A DNA stretch of 64,000 nucleotides, from contig NC_043008.1 in NCBI RefSeq assembly GCF_006345805.1, positions 74,152,001 through 74,216,000 on the forward strand, given 5' to 3'. Source of the stretch: Octopus sinensis (taxonomy: Eukaryota). The translations under genes were made by a program, and so were the position numbers. Below the pieces are notes generated by a model. The model was not told where the DNA came from. It did no database searches and worked only from the letters and a program-made list of their open reading frames with translations. Positions 13,801 through 27,292 of this stretch are shown one piece after another; position 1 is the first letter of the stretch, and each line of letters opens with the position of its first letter.

Positions 13801-14955
13801 TGTTTGGACGGGTTTTAGTGAGTATCCAGCTTCTTTTGTGGGTGCAGTGGCTGCAGTGGCTGCTGCGTATACTAAGTTATTTAGCTCAGTGATATCGGTT
13901 TTTGTTTCAGTGGATATTAGTTCCCTGACGGCTAGGTTAATGCTGTTTATAATTGGTGTTGTTGTTTCGTCTATTTTGATTTTTGGGAGGTATGGTCGGT
14001 GGTCAATTTTGAGCTCTGTGGTTTTCAGTTCTTTGATTATTCTACTTTTTATATTATTATATTCATTCGGCTCCCCTTCATTGTTTCCAGGTTTTAGATT
14101 TGTGTCGTTTTCTTTCTTATTTGTATGTTTGTTTGTCGTGTTACATTTGTCTTCGTGTTTTACTGTTTCAGTGTTTATATTATTGGACATTGTTGTCTGG
14201 CTTCTATCTACATTTTCCTGATGTTTTTTTCTTTTAGATGTTCTATTTCTATTTCTGATATTTTTTTTGCGTTGAGAATATATCTCCGTATATTTGCTAG
14301 TTTGTTAGGGTTCATTGCTGTATCCAAGTCTATATTTATGTTGTTTTCCTTCCATATTTTATATGTATGTGTTGTTGTGCTTTCATTCTTTGGGTAGAGC
14401 ACTGCTGTAAAATAAGCATGTAGGATAGAAATGTATTCCTCACGTGTCCATTTATGTCTTTTGGGTTTTATTTGCGGGACATGAGGGACAACGTCCGGCC
14501 CTTTATTTTGACGGTCGTCATTTTCGTAGGGTACCGGTCCGTTCATTTCTGTTGTCACATTGTTTTGCACGTGTAGTTTTTCGTACATTTTATATTGTAA
14601 GTTTAAAGTACGTACTTCCCGATTGCTATTCTTGGGTTGAATCATATCGGTGTTATTTAATTTTTTCGTAGATTTTTTGTACATGGTGTTTGGGGTCGGA
14701 GATGATCTGGTGTTGATGAGTCGTAATGTACCGCGCATGTTTACATGTGTTGTGTTCGAGATGGAGATGATATCGAGTTAAAATACATCATTTCGTTTCG
14801 AAAATAGGAATAAATTTCAATGGGTATCACTTACTCAGATATAGTCCAATCTTTTGTCAGTAAATTTTTGGTTTCATACGATGTCTTTGTATTCGATGTT
14901 TGTGGATAGATTTCAGAGTGCTGTTTTATCGCTCTCACATGTTTAACGTCCCCGG
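10860..14955 (-). mobile_element. Near full-length R4/Dong-clade non-LTR retrotransposon (RT, CCHC finger, restriction-like endonuclease), inactivated
   Basis: Motifs in order: KWTREEY; SNWKAPGHDKIPNFWLK; NYRPIAC; EEQKGFRKGSYGCKDQL; WIDYKKAFDSIPH; GIFQGDTLSPLLF; HLLYMDDLKLY; YKYLG; CRICGVGQETINHIISGC; ILWDMPIHTDREIKANRPDIVV; KLSKYKDLE; LLGTAHTLRRTLSIQ*. Flanked by TAA repeats on both sides. The 5' boundary (14955) is inferred from the start of the TAT tract. Confidence 0.93.
10971..14738 (-). pseudogene. R4/Dong polyprotein reading frame broken into segments 14208-14738, 12898-14190, 12564-12897, 12147-12560, 11212-12045 and 10971-11207
   Basis: Collinear ORF-track pieces joined by frameshifts, a small deletion before WIDYKKAFD, and a TA/CATA microsatellite at about 12045-12146. 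Confidence 0.9.
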
Positions 14956-14999
14956 TCTTATTATTATTATTTTTTTTTTCATTATTATTATTATTATTA

Positions 15000-15048
<49 letters not shown>

Positions 15049-15098
15049 ATTGCTATTATTGTTATTATTATTGTTATTATAATAATAATAATAATATA

Positions 15099-15143
<45 letters not shown>

Positions 15144-15148
15144 ATTGC

Positions 15149-15230
<82 letters not shown>

Positions 15231-15232
15231 CA
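14956..15232. repeat. Long imperfect (TAT)n microsatellite
   Basis: Direct reading; abuts the 5' end of the R4/Dong element. Confidence 0.97.
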
Positions 15233-15249
15233 TCATAATCATCAAAGAA

Positions 15250-15497
15250 GAGTGCGGCATTTCGTGTGTCATTACGTTCTGAGTTCAAATTCCACCGAGA
15301 TCGACCTTGCTTTTCTTCCTTTTGAAGTCAATACCAGTTGAATATCGGGGTCGATGTAATCGACTATCCCCTTCCCTCAAATTTCAGATCCTGCGTATAC
15401 TAGAAAGGATCATTATCATCATCATCATCATCATCATCATCCTCGTCGTCGTCGTCGTCGTCGTCGTCATAGTCATCATCGTCATCATCATTATCAT
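15250..15497 (+). mobile_element. SINE family A fragment with (CAT)n/(CGT)n tail
   Basis: TTACGTTCTGAGTTCAAATTCCACCGAGATCGAC...GGGGTCGATGTAATCGACT matches the copies at 27293 onward. Confidence 0.8.
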
Positions 15498-16010
15498 AGG
15501 AAATTATATATTTATGACCATAGCAATGTATTATCAGTAGCAGAAAAAATATCGGAAAATATAGCATGCAAGCGTTTAGTACCAGCTCTTTGTGTTCAGA
15601 AGTCAAATCGGGCAAAGACCAGCTGTGCTTTTTATTTTTGGTGTCGATAAAATAAGTACCAGTCAAATACGGGTGAATTGTATCTCCTAACTCCTCGCAT
15701 TGAAATTACTCGTCTTCTGCTTAATTTACAAACTATCAACGTAGAATCCTTTCTTTTCCGACGCATATCACAAATCATTACAATTAGAAAATTAAATAAA
15801 ATGTACTAATTAGCTTTTCTTTTTTTCGAGTTTCGCTTTAAGTCATGTCACTTTCGTCTCTAATCTGTGTGACATCAATAATGTATGAACTAATATTTCC
15901 TTCTTCTAATAATAACAAACAATGGTATCTCTTATACACACGCACACATACACACCCATATATGCATGTGTGGGTGTGTGAATGCATGTATGCACGCATG
16001 TAAATACATA

Positions 16011-17356
<1,346 letters not shown>

Positions 17357-17529
17357 CTACTAACAAATATAGGATGAAGTCCCTTTCCCTACAGAAAAGA
17401 ATTCCATCAGGAAGCGTGGCAGTATATTAAAAAAAAACCTTTACGGTTGACATATAAACATCTTATATTGGCTTTAGAATAATCTTCTTTAGCCCTTGCT
17501 TATAAGATGTATATATATATTTATATATA

Positions 17530-17681
<152 letters not shown>

Positions 17682-18785
17682 TGTATATATGATGTATTTT
17701 CAATACTGCAGTGTCAGTGATACCAGGATTCCGATTCCGTTTCTAACAGATTATTGGGTATAACTTATTTTAATTCCTACATGGATTTATTTTATTGTTT
17801 AGTTATTTTTCAGAGCTTCTTCAACACGTTTAATATTTGTTAAGTTACATGTAAAAATGATGAGGTTATTGTGGAGAGTTATTGGATGACAGCTTCGTAG
17901 TTAGCTACTGGCTCGGAATTCCAAATAAAAATGTCATGATGTTACTCATATGTTGTAAGTTAAGAGATTTTCACTTGGCTTCTAACAAATTCTTTGTCAG
18001 TAACATGATTTAATCCCCTTCTGGCCTCTGCTTTTGCTTTACCGCTATTTTTTTCTCATTGAAAATTACATTGCGAATGATAGGTGTCATATGCTTCGAG
18101 CAACCAATAATCGAGAAACTGGATTAATAGAAAATCCTGACACCAGTAAAGATCTAAAAGGAAGAACCGATTACTTTTTATTTATTTTTCACTATTAGAT
18201 TATGTGAATTATTTCAGGATCCCCATTTTTCCAGGTCTGTTAATAAAATGATTTTTATGTAATTTCAGCTTCACATATTTAACAGAGGGTGCCTGCTACA
18301 TTATTATAGCAAAATACATTATGGGATATATATGTAATGAGATAAAAATACAAACGCTTGGTTTCTGAGCACTATTGCATCTAATATATAAAAGGAATAT
18401 AACAGATTTTCCAGATTTAAGAATTAACACTTTCTGTTTTTCGGATCTGAAAATATGATAATGAACAACCAACAGAGGATAATTTATGCAAGAATCTCAG
18501 CCTCCTAAGCTGTTATTTACTCAAGTTTAGTCCTCTAGGTAAACTATCTGCTGTCTGGTACAGGCATAAAATGCAACTTCACCGATAACTCTCTGTAGTT
18601 TAATTACCCGAACAATGCTTAAGTGGAACTTTGTATGAACGATTGGTCTCTGACAAATTACTGAATGAGAAGCCTTCGCAATATTTTATAATAAACCTGA
18701 ATCCAACAACAATTTTACACTTCGTAGTCCAACAATATTTTTCCATTTTTCCGTTTGACGTCTACCTTTGTCAGGTATTATATAT

Positions 18786-18830
<45 letters not shown>

Positions 18831-19089
18831 GAATGATCTCCTTTGCAAGAAAGATCATAGAGTAACCTTTCTTTTCTGTGTAACTCGAAGCATCGGTGTC
18901 ATGAAACGTTATTCTTAATTATTCAAGAAGCTTGGTGTTTCTCTTGGAAGTTTGTAGAATGTCTAGTGTTCCATTAATAAAAACCTGCTTGCTAACTCAG
19001 CTTTTCGCTTCTTAGTTGATTATAATTAGCCATTCACGCCGTTGGAATGTCCGTCTATTTCTCTACACCCCACAACTGAAAGTCATCAT

Positions 19090-20050
19090 TTCACTGTTGT
19101 TCTACATTTTCTATGTCTGAACTTTCTTGCATAGATTACTTCATTCAACTAGTTTCCACAATTTGATTCCATATATTAGCACCGATAGAAGAATTATTAC
19201 TATCATTTTGTAGTAAATGTATAGATCTTGTATTCATTCTTTCATCCTTGTATGAACTCTTGTAATAACATACACGCAGCCACATCAGCACCTTGTACTG
19301 TCTATATATATCAATACATTAATTGGTGACCAACCGACGTGGACCCCAAATTATACCCTGGAGAATAATCACAAGCTAATTGGTTATCACCCGACATATT
19401 TGGTTATATTCTACTACTCTCCATGTCACAATTGTCTTCAACTCAAGCGACAATGATATCTGCCATGAATCATGTATCACCAATTTTCCCAAGAGACATC
19501 GCTGTCTGGTTTGCCCAGTTGGAAGCAGTTTTCTCCGCAAACAAGCACAAGTCAGACCAACAGAAGCTCTACATTTTACTTAGCTCTATACCACCATCAT
19601 TAACTGGAGAATTGTGAGGAATTAATACAGCTCGACCAAAGTATTTTTCAATCACAGAGGAAATTTTAAAATGGACCTCGCTCTCTATGAAAAGAAGTTT
19701 CGAAAACGACAAGCATTTAGGAGACCGGACACCATCGCAAATGCTCAGAAAAATAAGGCAGCTCATAGAGGACAACCCTGCTGAAAGTAAGTTGCTTAAA
19801 CATCTCTTTTTCTGCAGATTAATACAGTAGGTTCAAAATATTCTCGCACATTTGACCGACATTAGCACAGTCGAGCAAGTTGCAGCGTCGGCAGATAACA
19901 TTTTAGAGTATACAAAATCCGTTCCAGTACAGAACAACTTTCCTTTGCCAGTTGCTACAATTTTTATGGACTGTAAGCCGCTATCTTTCGTTTCACACTG
20001 CAAGCCAGATAAATTTTCTCCAAGAGGCATTCGACATTCGGAGTGATATA
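19090..20050 (+). mobile_element. Ty3/Gypsy relic: LTR 3' end, PBS and disrupted gag
   Basis: Putative LTR ends ...AATACA (19318), then PBS TGGTGACCaaCCGACGTG (19324). Gag-like translation PIFPRDIAVWFAQLEAVF...LGDRTPSQMLRKIRQL...LFFCRL...VQNILAH...EQVAASADNILE from 19423. The LTR start is uncertain. Confidence 0.8.
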
Positions 20051-20064
20051 CGATACATTTCAGG

Positions 20065-20067
<3 letters not shown>

Positions 20068-20111
<44 letters not shown>

Positions 20112-20154
20112 ATACCAACAGACAGACAGAGACAGAAAGAAAGAAAGAAAGAAA

Positions 20155-20187
<33 letters not shown>

Positions 20188-20220
20188 GAAAGGAAGAAAA
20201 TTGAGATAGATAGATAGATA
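20068..20220. repeat. (GA)n/(GAAA)n/(GATA)n compound microsatellite
   Basis: Direct reading. Confidence 0.95.
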
Positions 20221-22619
20221 TTAATAATTTCCTAACTGTCCAATTTTGTAGTCTTTAACTGAAAGTTAATTCATAAGCCGATGTAAGGTTTACAAACCAT
20301 TCTCTAACGTCAATGAAATATCAATTTATTCTACAGCTTAGATCCATTGATGATAACATTCACATCTACATATTAGAGACCTTCTAGCTGTTCTAATTGT
20401 TTTCTTCATCTCGTAACACCAAACTTGCTATCACTGACCGAGACATGCAGTTGTTAACTGACTCTTTCTGATTTACATGTTGTAACCCCACTCCTCTCTC
20501 TAAGAAGTGTCAGAGCTTTGGACGGATGAGTAATTCTTGAAAGACTATTTTCCACTGACATGAAAAATGAATATGATTTTTGGACAAAATAAAGACTTTC
20601 TAGGAGCAAATTTATCTTTCATCTACTACTACAGGTGTCTGGATTACATTGAGATTATGTTAAACGAGTGCCTAGCTGATTTCACAAGGGAAAATCTTGT
20701 TCTCACTTTCAGAACTATACAAGCAACTCCATTTTGTCATTATTCCAACTTCGAGTGAAATTAACATTATCTGAAAGCGTGAATACTTTTAAAGAAATAT
20801 TATTCATATTATGAACATTTGATGATCAGCCACACAAACCATGAAACCTTATATATACATATATAAAGTTCATATACATGGACTTTATAGAAGGACGGTC
20901 AGATGACAGACAAAATAAAGTTAATTGAATAAAGAACCCGACCCCAAACTTAGTGCAGTTAGTCTACAATATTATTGGAGTAGATATATTTGAAAATAAC
21001 GCCAGCTATCTATTAGTGGATGAAATTCATTGCGAAGACAGGAGTTGAGGGAATGAACAGTGTTTGGACTCCACTCACAGACACAGTATGTCTACAGATA
21101 AATCCAGTGGAATACCACTTTAACTTTATCATATGGCAGTGAAAGTTCGAATTACTTGTCAATATTTATCTTCAGAATTCAAATCTCACTGATACCAGCC
21201 TACAATTTCATCCTCCTGGGTCACTATAATAAAGCTTTAAGGAATTAATAATAGTATTCTGTCCTTGCTAAATGGGAAGTCTTCTGCGCAATTATTGCTT
21301 TCTTTATTAACGTTATATATCAAAGACTACATTTAAATTCGCTTGGTCTAATTATAAAGAAGAAATAAAATGAATCACTGTCGAGAAAGCAAGGACTGGT
21401 CATCGATTATATTTACTTAAACGCCTTTTCGAATCCTGCAAACAATCACTTTGTCCTTCATAATTCTGCATTAAATAAAATAACTACCAGTAATACTTTG
21501 CGGTCGACTGAATTGGATATAATTCTCATACAATATTAAAAATTGAAGCTATTATTTCTCTGCTATTTGGTTTTGATTTTAAGCTGAAAACAGCTTCACT
21601 TCTGTTTATAGATATTTAAAGATATTTATATATAGATATTTAAAGATGCCAAAATAATATTATAGAATCTTGACTTTAATGAAATATATTTACATATGTA
21701 AATATTAGAGATGATTTCCTTTTGTTTTGTAACGTTCTATTATTACTATTACTATTTTTTGCTTCAAGGTGAAACATTTGAAATTTCTAAGCACTATTTG
21801 GCTGATTGGTATGGGTTGCATAGGATATGGTAGATTGATTTAAATACAGGAGAAGTAAATACTGTAGGAATTAATATTTAGAATCATGATTAATCAACAA
21901 GATTTTCTCACCGATGCAAGGAATGTGAAATGACTTCAATTAGGTTTCGAAGTCATTAGATTCGTAGGGAAGAATGAGAGTCGTAAGGACAGCAATTAAG
22001 ACAAAGATATAAACTTTCATGCCAAAGGCTGTCATAGAAGTTTGGTTAATACGACTTCTCTCTAACTTGCTTAGTCGAACAGGCCGGTAGGGGGAGATTT
22101 AGATAATTGGCGAAAGACGCATCTAGTAGAAAGTGCTAGATACAGATGGTGATCGAAAATAAACAGCATTAAAATGTAAGTGACCGATTTACAGTTTACA
22201 CCTCACAGTTGCAGTGTTACCCAGATTTTGCTACAAAAAAAAAATAAAAACTCAACTCACCAACTGTTTTTCAGTGAGTCATGGTCAAGGAATTAGGATA
22301 TTAAGAAACATTATAATCAAGTGATCTAGTTTAAACTATTTAAAGATGCTTCGTTATTTAGGAGTTACAATTGAAAAGACTCAATAGATTTAGTTTGCAG
22401 GAATGTGACACAAACGATTCTAGACATATAGAATTCGGCAAGATTATGACTCTTTATTAGACTTCTTATCAAATCATCTCTACTCTCCCATTTCGTTGGT
22501 AATATTTTCGTGCAACTAAGGAGGCGAGCTGGCAGAAACTTTAGCCCGCTGCGGTTAATTTGTCTTTGCGAGAATTTGGTTTGTAATTGTTATTATTATT
22601 TATTGTTTATTGTTATTTC

Positions 22620-23293
22620 CAGGTATTGTTAAATATTGAACTTTTGCTATTGCTCTACTTTCTGTTTTGACAGACGTAGTGGACAGTTGTTCTCTTCCTT
22701 GCGGGCTTGCGATGCCAGTATAGTGCTCACGATCTCTTTTTAAAGGGTTCCTTTCATTAACCAATCCCAACTATTTTTCCTGCAACTTCTGTTGTGGATA
22801 CATGGAATTGATTGTGGAATCCCTTCTTGCGTTATTTTTTCATGTCCTTTTTGTATATCTTCTTTTGTTTTCCATTTTTCTCTGCTTTCCATATTCCCTC
22901 GTTCCTAACTGTCACTAGCATGGTTTCCTTACTTTGGGCCACGTATCTCATTAATCTCTCGAGTTCGATACTCACGCAGTCCCCTTCCTCCATTTGCTCT
23001 CTTCGTGTATAGGCGATCAGTGTCCGCACATGGATGATGGGTTCCTTGTAACGTAAGGAGCTTTGTTGACTTCCTGTCCTTCTTCTTTAGCTTCTCCTCT
23101 GTCCACTTCAGGATTCTAGCACCATACCAACTGCGCGCGTGTTTATTTCCCAAATTATGTTTCTGGCATTCAGCTTTGAAGCCAATATTTTTCTCACTCA
23201 CAGCAGGTTCTCTTTTTTTGTCATTTCTTTCAAGACGTTGTGCTTGATTCCATCTGCCTCAAGTATTCCAAGGTATTTATAGCTGGAGTGAGG
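22620..23293 (-). mobile_element. Second copy of the diverged R4/Dong fragment seen at 9680-10272
   Basis: Collinear, high-identity match from GGGCTTGCG (about 22704) to GCTGGAGTGAGG (23293), followed by (TTA)n. The 22620-22703 portion is less certain. Confidence 0.88.
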
Positions 23294-23299
23294 TTTATG

Positions 23300-23347
<48 letters not shown>

Positions 23348-23350
<3 letters not shown>

Positions 23351-23540
23351 CATTCATATTTTTTAACGTGCTTTAACTGCACTACCGAGCATAGCTCTGT
23401 GTGCCTTGCGTATGTGTTGTGGTTTGTTGTAATGCTTTTATGGTTACTGTATAGAAAGTGTTTTACATAGGATGTATGCAGTGCCTAGTAGTGCTATTGT
23501 CTGTGTGTTATATACAATTGCTAGTCCTGGTGTTTTTGTC
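23348..23540 (-). mobile_element. Short R4/Dong 3' end (same family as the 10860-14955 element)
   Basis: Matches 10870-11065 (AIALLGTAYIL plus the same 3' UTR, ...CTACCGAGC...); bounded by (TTA)n on both sides. Confidence 0.85.
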
Positions 23541-23571
<31 letters not shown>

Positions 23572-23589
23572 CGAGACGGTATAATGGGG

Positions 23590-24600
23590 AATACGAGACG
23601 GTAGCAAGAGCAAAAGTTAATCGTTAAAACTCAGTCGGCTTGCAGCTCGGCACCAGGAGAGGCAAGTCGATACCTCCTGACAGCGTCGCAGGACGTTGGA
23701 CGGAGGTCCAATTAAGTTGCTAGGTGTTTGCTTCGGACCAGACCTCTAAATAGAGAAGAATGGGGCCGAGGTATCAAGCAGGGTGACCCACATTGGTGGC
23801 TATCCCTGAAAGGGAGGTCGGAGGTGGCCAATATGTTTATCGCATCGATCATCACATACCGCCTAACCGTCGGGCATTGTCCTGATTGGTGGTTGATCAA
23901 GCCCTTCCACTTCTTGTGGTACAGCTCGAAACCGCTTGTGAGACGCTGTCATCAACCGTTAAAGGGTTGGCTACAGATGCCTTAGCTAATGATGCGCAGA
24001 CATGCGCTGGGGCTGAGGCACCAATGTCTCTACCTGGATAGTGAACGGGTTTGGTCTTCGCTGGCGAAACACATGTTTATCAGGTTCACTAGTTTCACTA
24101 GGATAAACTCTCAAGGCACGGTGGCTGAGACACTCCAATCTGTCCAAGATGTGAGCGGGACAAGGACACGGTCCCGCACGCTATTGTTCAGTGCCCGGAA
24201 GTGTCATACGTGTGGGATTATGCCGAACAACTGATGACAGGTGGAGGAAGCGTACAGCTGTCCATTGAATCTATAGTGAAAATTAACCAGATGTCTCAAC
24301 GAAGGAAGGTAAGAATTGTTTTCTCTCTGTAGGAGCAACTGCTAGAGTAATTATATGGAGGACAAGAATGAGAAGAATAAGGTCAGGCATCTCTGGCCTT
24401 AATCTGGTGAATTTTTTCATCTTCCACCTAAAAAGGCAAATATGGCTGGAGAGGAGATGTTTGACTGAAGACATGTTTAGAAAAAGATGGAAGAATGTCG
24501 CACGACTGTTGGGCATGAAAGGCTCCGCGTGAATGCGATATGGTTTAAGATCCCAGGTCAGTGGTAAGGCGGGGTTCGTGAGGTCCGTTATAAATCCGTT
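23590..24600 (+). mobile_element. 5'-truncated Tx1/L1-clade LINE (ORF2 C-terminal part)
   Basis: EYETVARAKVNR*NSVGLQLG...PIKLLGVCFGPDL...LSLKGRSEVANMFIASIITYRLTV...MMRRHALGLRH...FFIFHLKRQIWLERRCL...RWKNVARL. Confidence 0.8.
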
Positions 24601-24764
24601 CCACTCCATCTGTTATGTCTTATTGTGTCCTTTCATCTTCCGTATTATATAGAATGTATTTAGAATTTATAAAAGGACCCCAATAGCATTTCATTTAAAA
24701 TCATTCGATTTCATTGTGCAGTCCCTTCTATGTAACTCCGTATGGAAAATAAAAAAATTAAGAA

Positions 24765-24905
24765 CCGCTAGCATGCCGGGCGAAATGCTGATCAGTATTT
24801 CATCTGTCTTTACGTTCTGAGTTCAAATTCCGCCGAGGTCGACTTTGTCTTTCATTCTTTCTGGCCCCCTCCCCAAAATTTTCGGGCCTTATGCCTACTA
24901 TAGAA
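24765..24905 (+). mobile_element. SINE family A (internally deleted)
   Basis: GCATGCCGGGCGAAATGC...GAGTTCAAATTCCGCCGAGGTCGACTTTG matches other copies. Confidence 0.8.
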
Positions 24906-25972
24906 AAGAATATTTTCGCGTAACAGCGTATTCCTATTCAAGATTTGTGATTTTGTATAGAATGGAATTATTTCAGGCTAACATGAAAGTAAACTATTGA
25001 TGCCTTTTATACTGTTTTATGGCCTTTATGAGTTGTAAGAAGAAGAAAAGAAATCACCCTAAAACAGAAGAGCTGATAGGAAACTTTGCAAAAGGTTGTT
25101 ATCCATTAAAAGCACATACAAGTGTTAAACTGTGGAACGAATTGAATCTCCCTCCTAAAATAAGAAGTCTCTTAGCTGGGCTTCCATATAGTTCCCATCA
25201 TCCTGTTTTTATCCGCAAGGCATTGGAGAATCCGGGATTAAAGCAGAGGTTAATTTTTAAACTTTCACGTAATGAGATCCATCATGATAATTCATTGCTG
25301 AAAAGGGAATCATTTAATCACACAGCCATATTTCTGAAGTCAGATTCTATTGTTTTCGTTTTGGTTTCTCGAAGCAGCAGCAATGTTAGCCATAAATTCC
25401 GCGATCCTGAATTATTATCAATATACTTCACCAATTGGCAGAGTCGTTAGAGCTTTGAACAATATACTTAGCGGTATTTGTTCCAGCTCTCTGGTATCTG
25501 AGTTCAAATACCGTTCAGGTCAAAGATGCTGCTAAGAAGCAAATAAGTTAGGTCCTATTGTAGCAGCATCTTGATCACATCAATTAACAGAATTGGAAAA
25601 AATAGACTCTACACTCAAAGTGAGGTAAACGCCGCGACAGGAGAGAAAGCTACATGGAAATTAACTAATTTCTATGTATTTTCCTATTCCTTTAATTGAT
25701 AATATACCACTGCTTTGAGTACAGAAACTGATTAGTAAGTTAATGATATTAGATAAACTTGTCAATTTGTCACCTTTAGTTAATGATATACCAGTACTTT
25801 CTGTAGAGAATCAAATTAATGGATCCTCTAATTAACAATATACCACGAATTGTAGTGCAAATAATTAGTACCATAATATTATAACACAGCGAGTAGAAAA
25901 AACTAATCAGTTGTTTACATTTGATTAACGATGTATCACTACTCTGTATAAATAGACGAATAATTTCTATAT

Positions 25973-26188
25973 TGGTTTCAAAATTTGGCACAAGTCCACC
26001 AATTTCGGGGTCGAGTAAGTCAATTACATCAACCCCAGTACTCAACTGGTACTTATTTTATCGATGCCGAAAGGATGAATGGCAAAGTCAAACTCGGCGC
26101 AATTTGAACTTGGTATGTGAAGACGGACGAAACGCCGCTAGGCAATATCTCCCAGCGTACCAACAGTTCTGCCAGCTCGCTTACCTTA
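25973..26188 (-). mobile_element. SINE family A
   Basis: Reverse complement of the GGCGAGCTGGCAGAA... head through the GGGGTCGAT segment. Confidence 0.8.
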
Positions 26189-27292
26189 AAATATTTTCTT
26201 TATTAACTACAGGCAACTACAGGTAAATGAATTTCCCTCGTGGCCCATTACCATATACGAGACATATGTACATAACGTCGAACTGAAATATGATTCTTCA
26301 GAATAACTTTTACTCGCAAAATATAATCTGAAACATTTTTATTAATACAAAAGTCTGGATCTTGTGAAGCCCATGTTTTTCCTAAAAGTATCTGGGAAAT
26401 TGAAGTAAATTGACTCAAAGTGAGAAATATAAATCTGTTAGAAACTGAAGATCTTGACGAAAGGCAATGAGTCCAGTATATAAATCATAAAAATATAACT
26501 ATTGAATGAATTTGGATAAAACTTGCAGTTACGATATGATGTTCACTATTGTACACCATGAATGTGTTTCTTTCCAAACTTTTAGTCTGTTATTATATTC
26601 GTTCGTTCACTTAACCGGGTAAGGTGAATGTAGTTAAGTTGATTACACGTAAATATTTTAGCATGTTTACAAGATATATTTCTAGGGTTTCGATGTCCTA
26701 ATTAAATCATTAATGTCTAAATAGCAATAAAAATAATTCATTAATAAATAGATTTACCAAATTCTAGCACAATATTTGTGGAATTAATTGCCGTTAAGCA
26801 TGAAAACTGAAGGAAGAAAAGCCCCAGAGAAATTCATTTGACAAAATACACAATATAGAGACACACACGATGTCAGCAGCAAATCATTTGTTAGAAATAA
26901 GTCCTAGGTCCACTCATTTGGGTCGTATGTGCAATGCAATTTCGTGTGGATCATTCCTTTTTCCAAATACCCAGTACATACATCCATAGACACACTGACA
27001 CACGCACAAAGATATATATATAGAGACAGACAGACGGACGGTAACTTTCACTGGTATGAAGTAAGATTTTCTAAATATTGAACCCACTACCACGGAATTC
27101 AAAACTATGCTATCTGCCAACTTAATGTGAAATACTTTACCCAGTGGTGATTTCACTCATGTCGGTGCTGTATAGTGTTGCTAGCAATAACATCCAGATC
27201 ATAAGTTGGACATTGTCGTGAGTTGTAATATATTGTTGTAATGATAACGCTTACCCAGTCATGTCCTATCATTGCCCATATAGTCTTTACAT

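Noticed and set aside
13151-14671. Plus-strand ORFs, including the 235 aa ORF at 13514-14221
   Set aside because: Antisense shadows of the A-rich R4/Dong ORF; no independent motifs.
14440-14955. HDV-like ribozyme at the R4/Dong 5' end
   Set aside because: I could not build the nested P1/P1.1/P2/P3 pseudoknot by eye; a structured-motif search would be needed.
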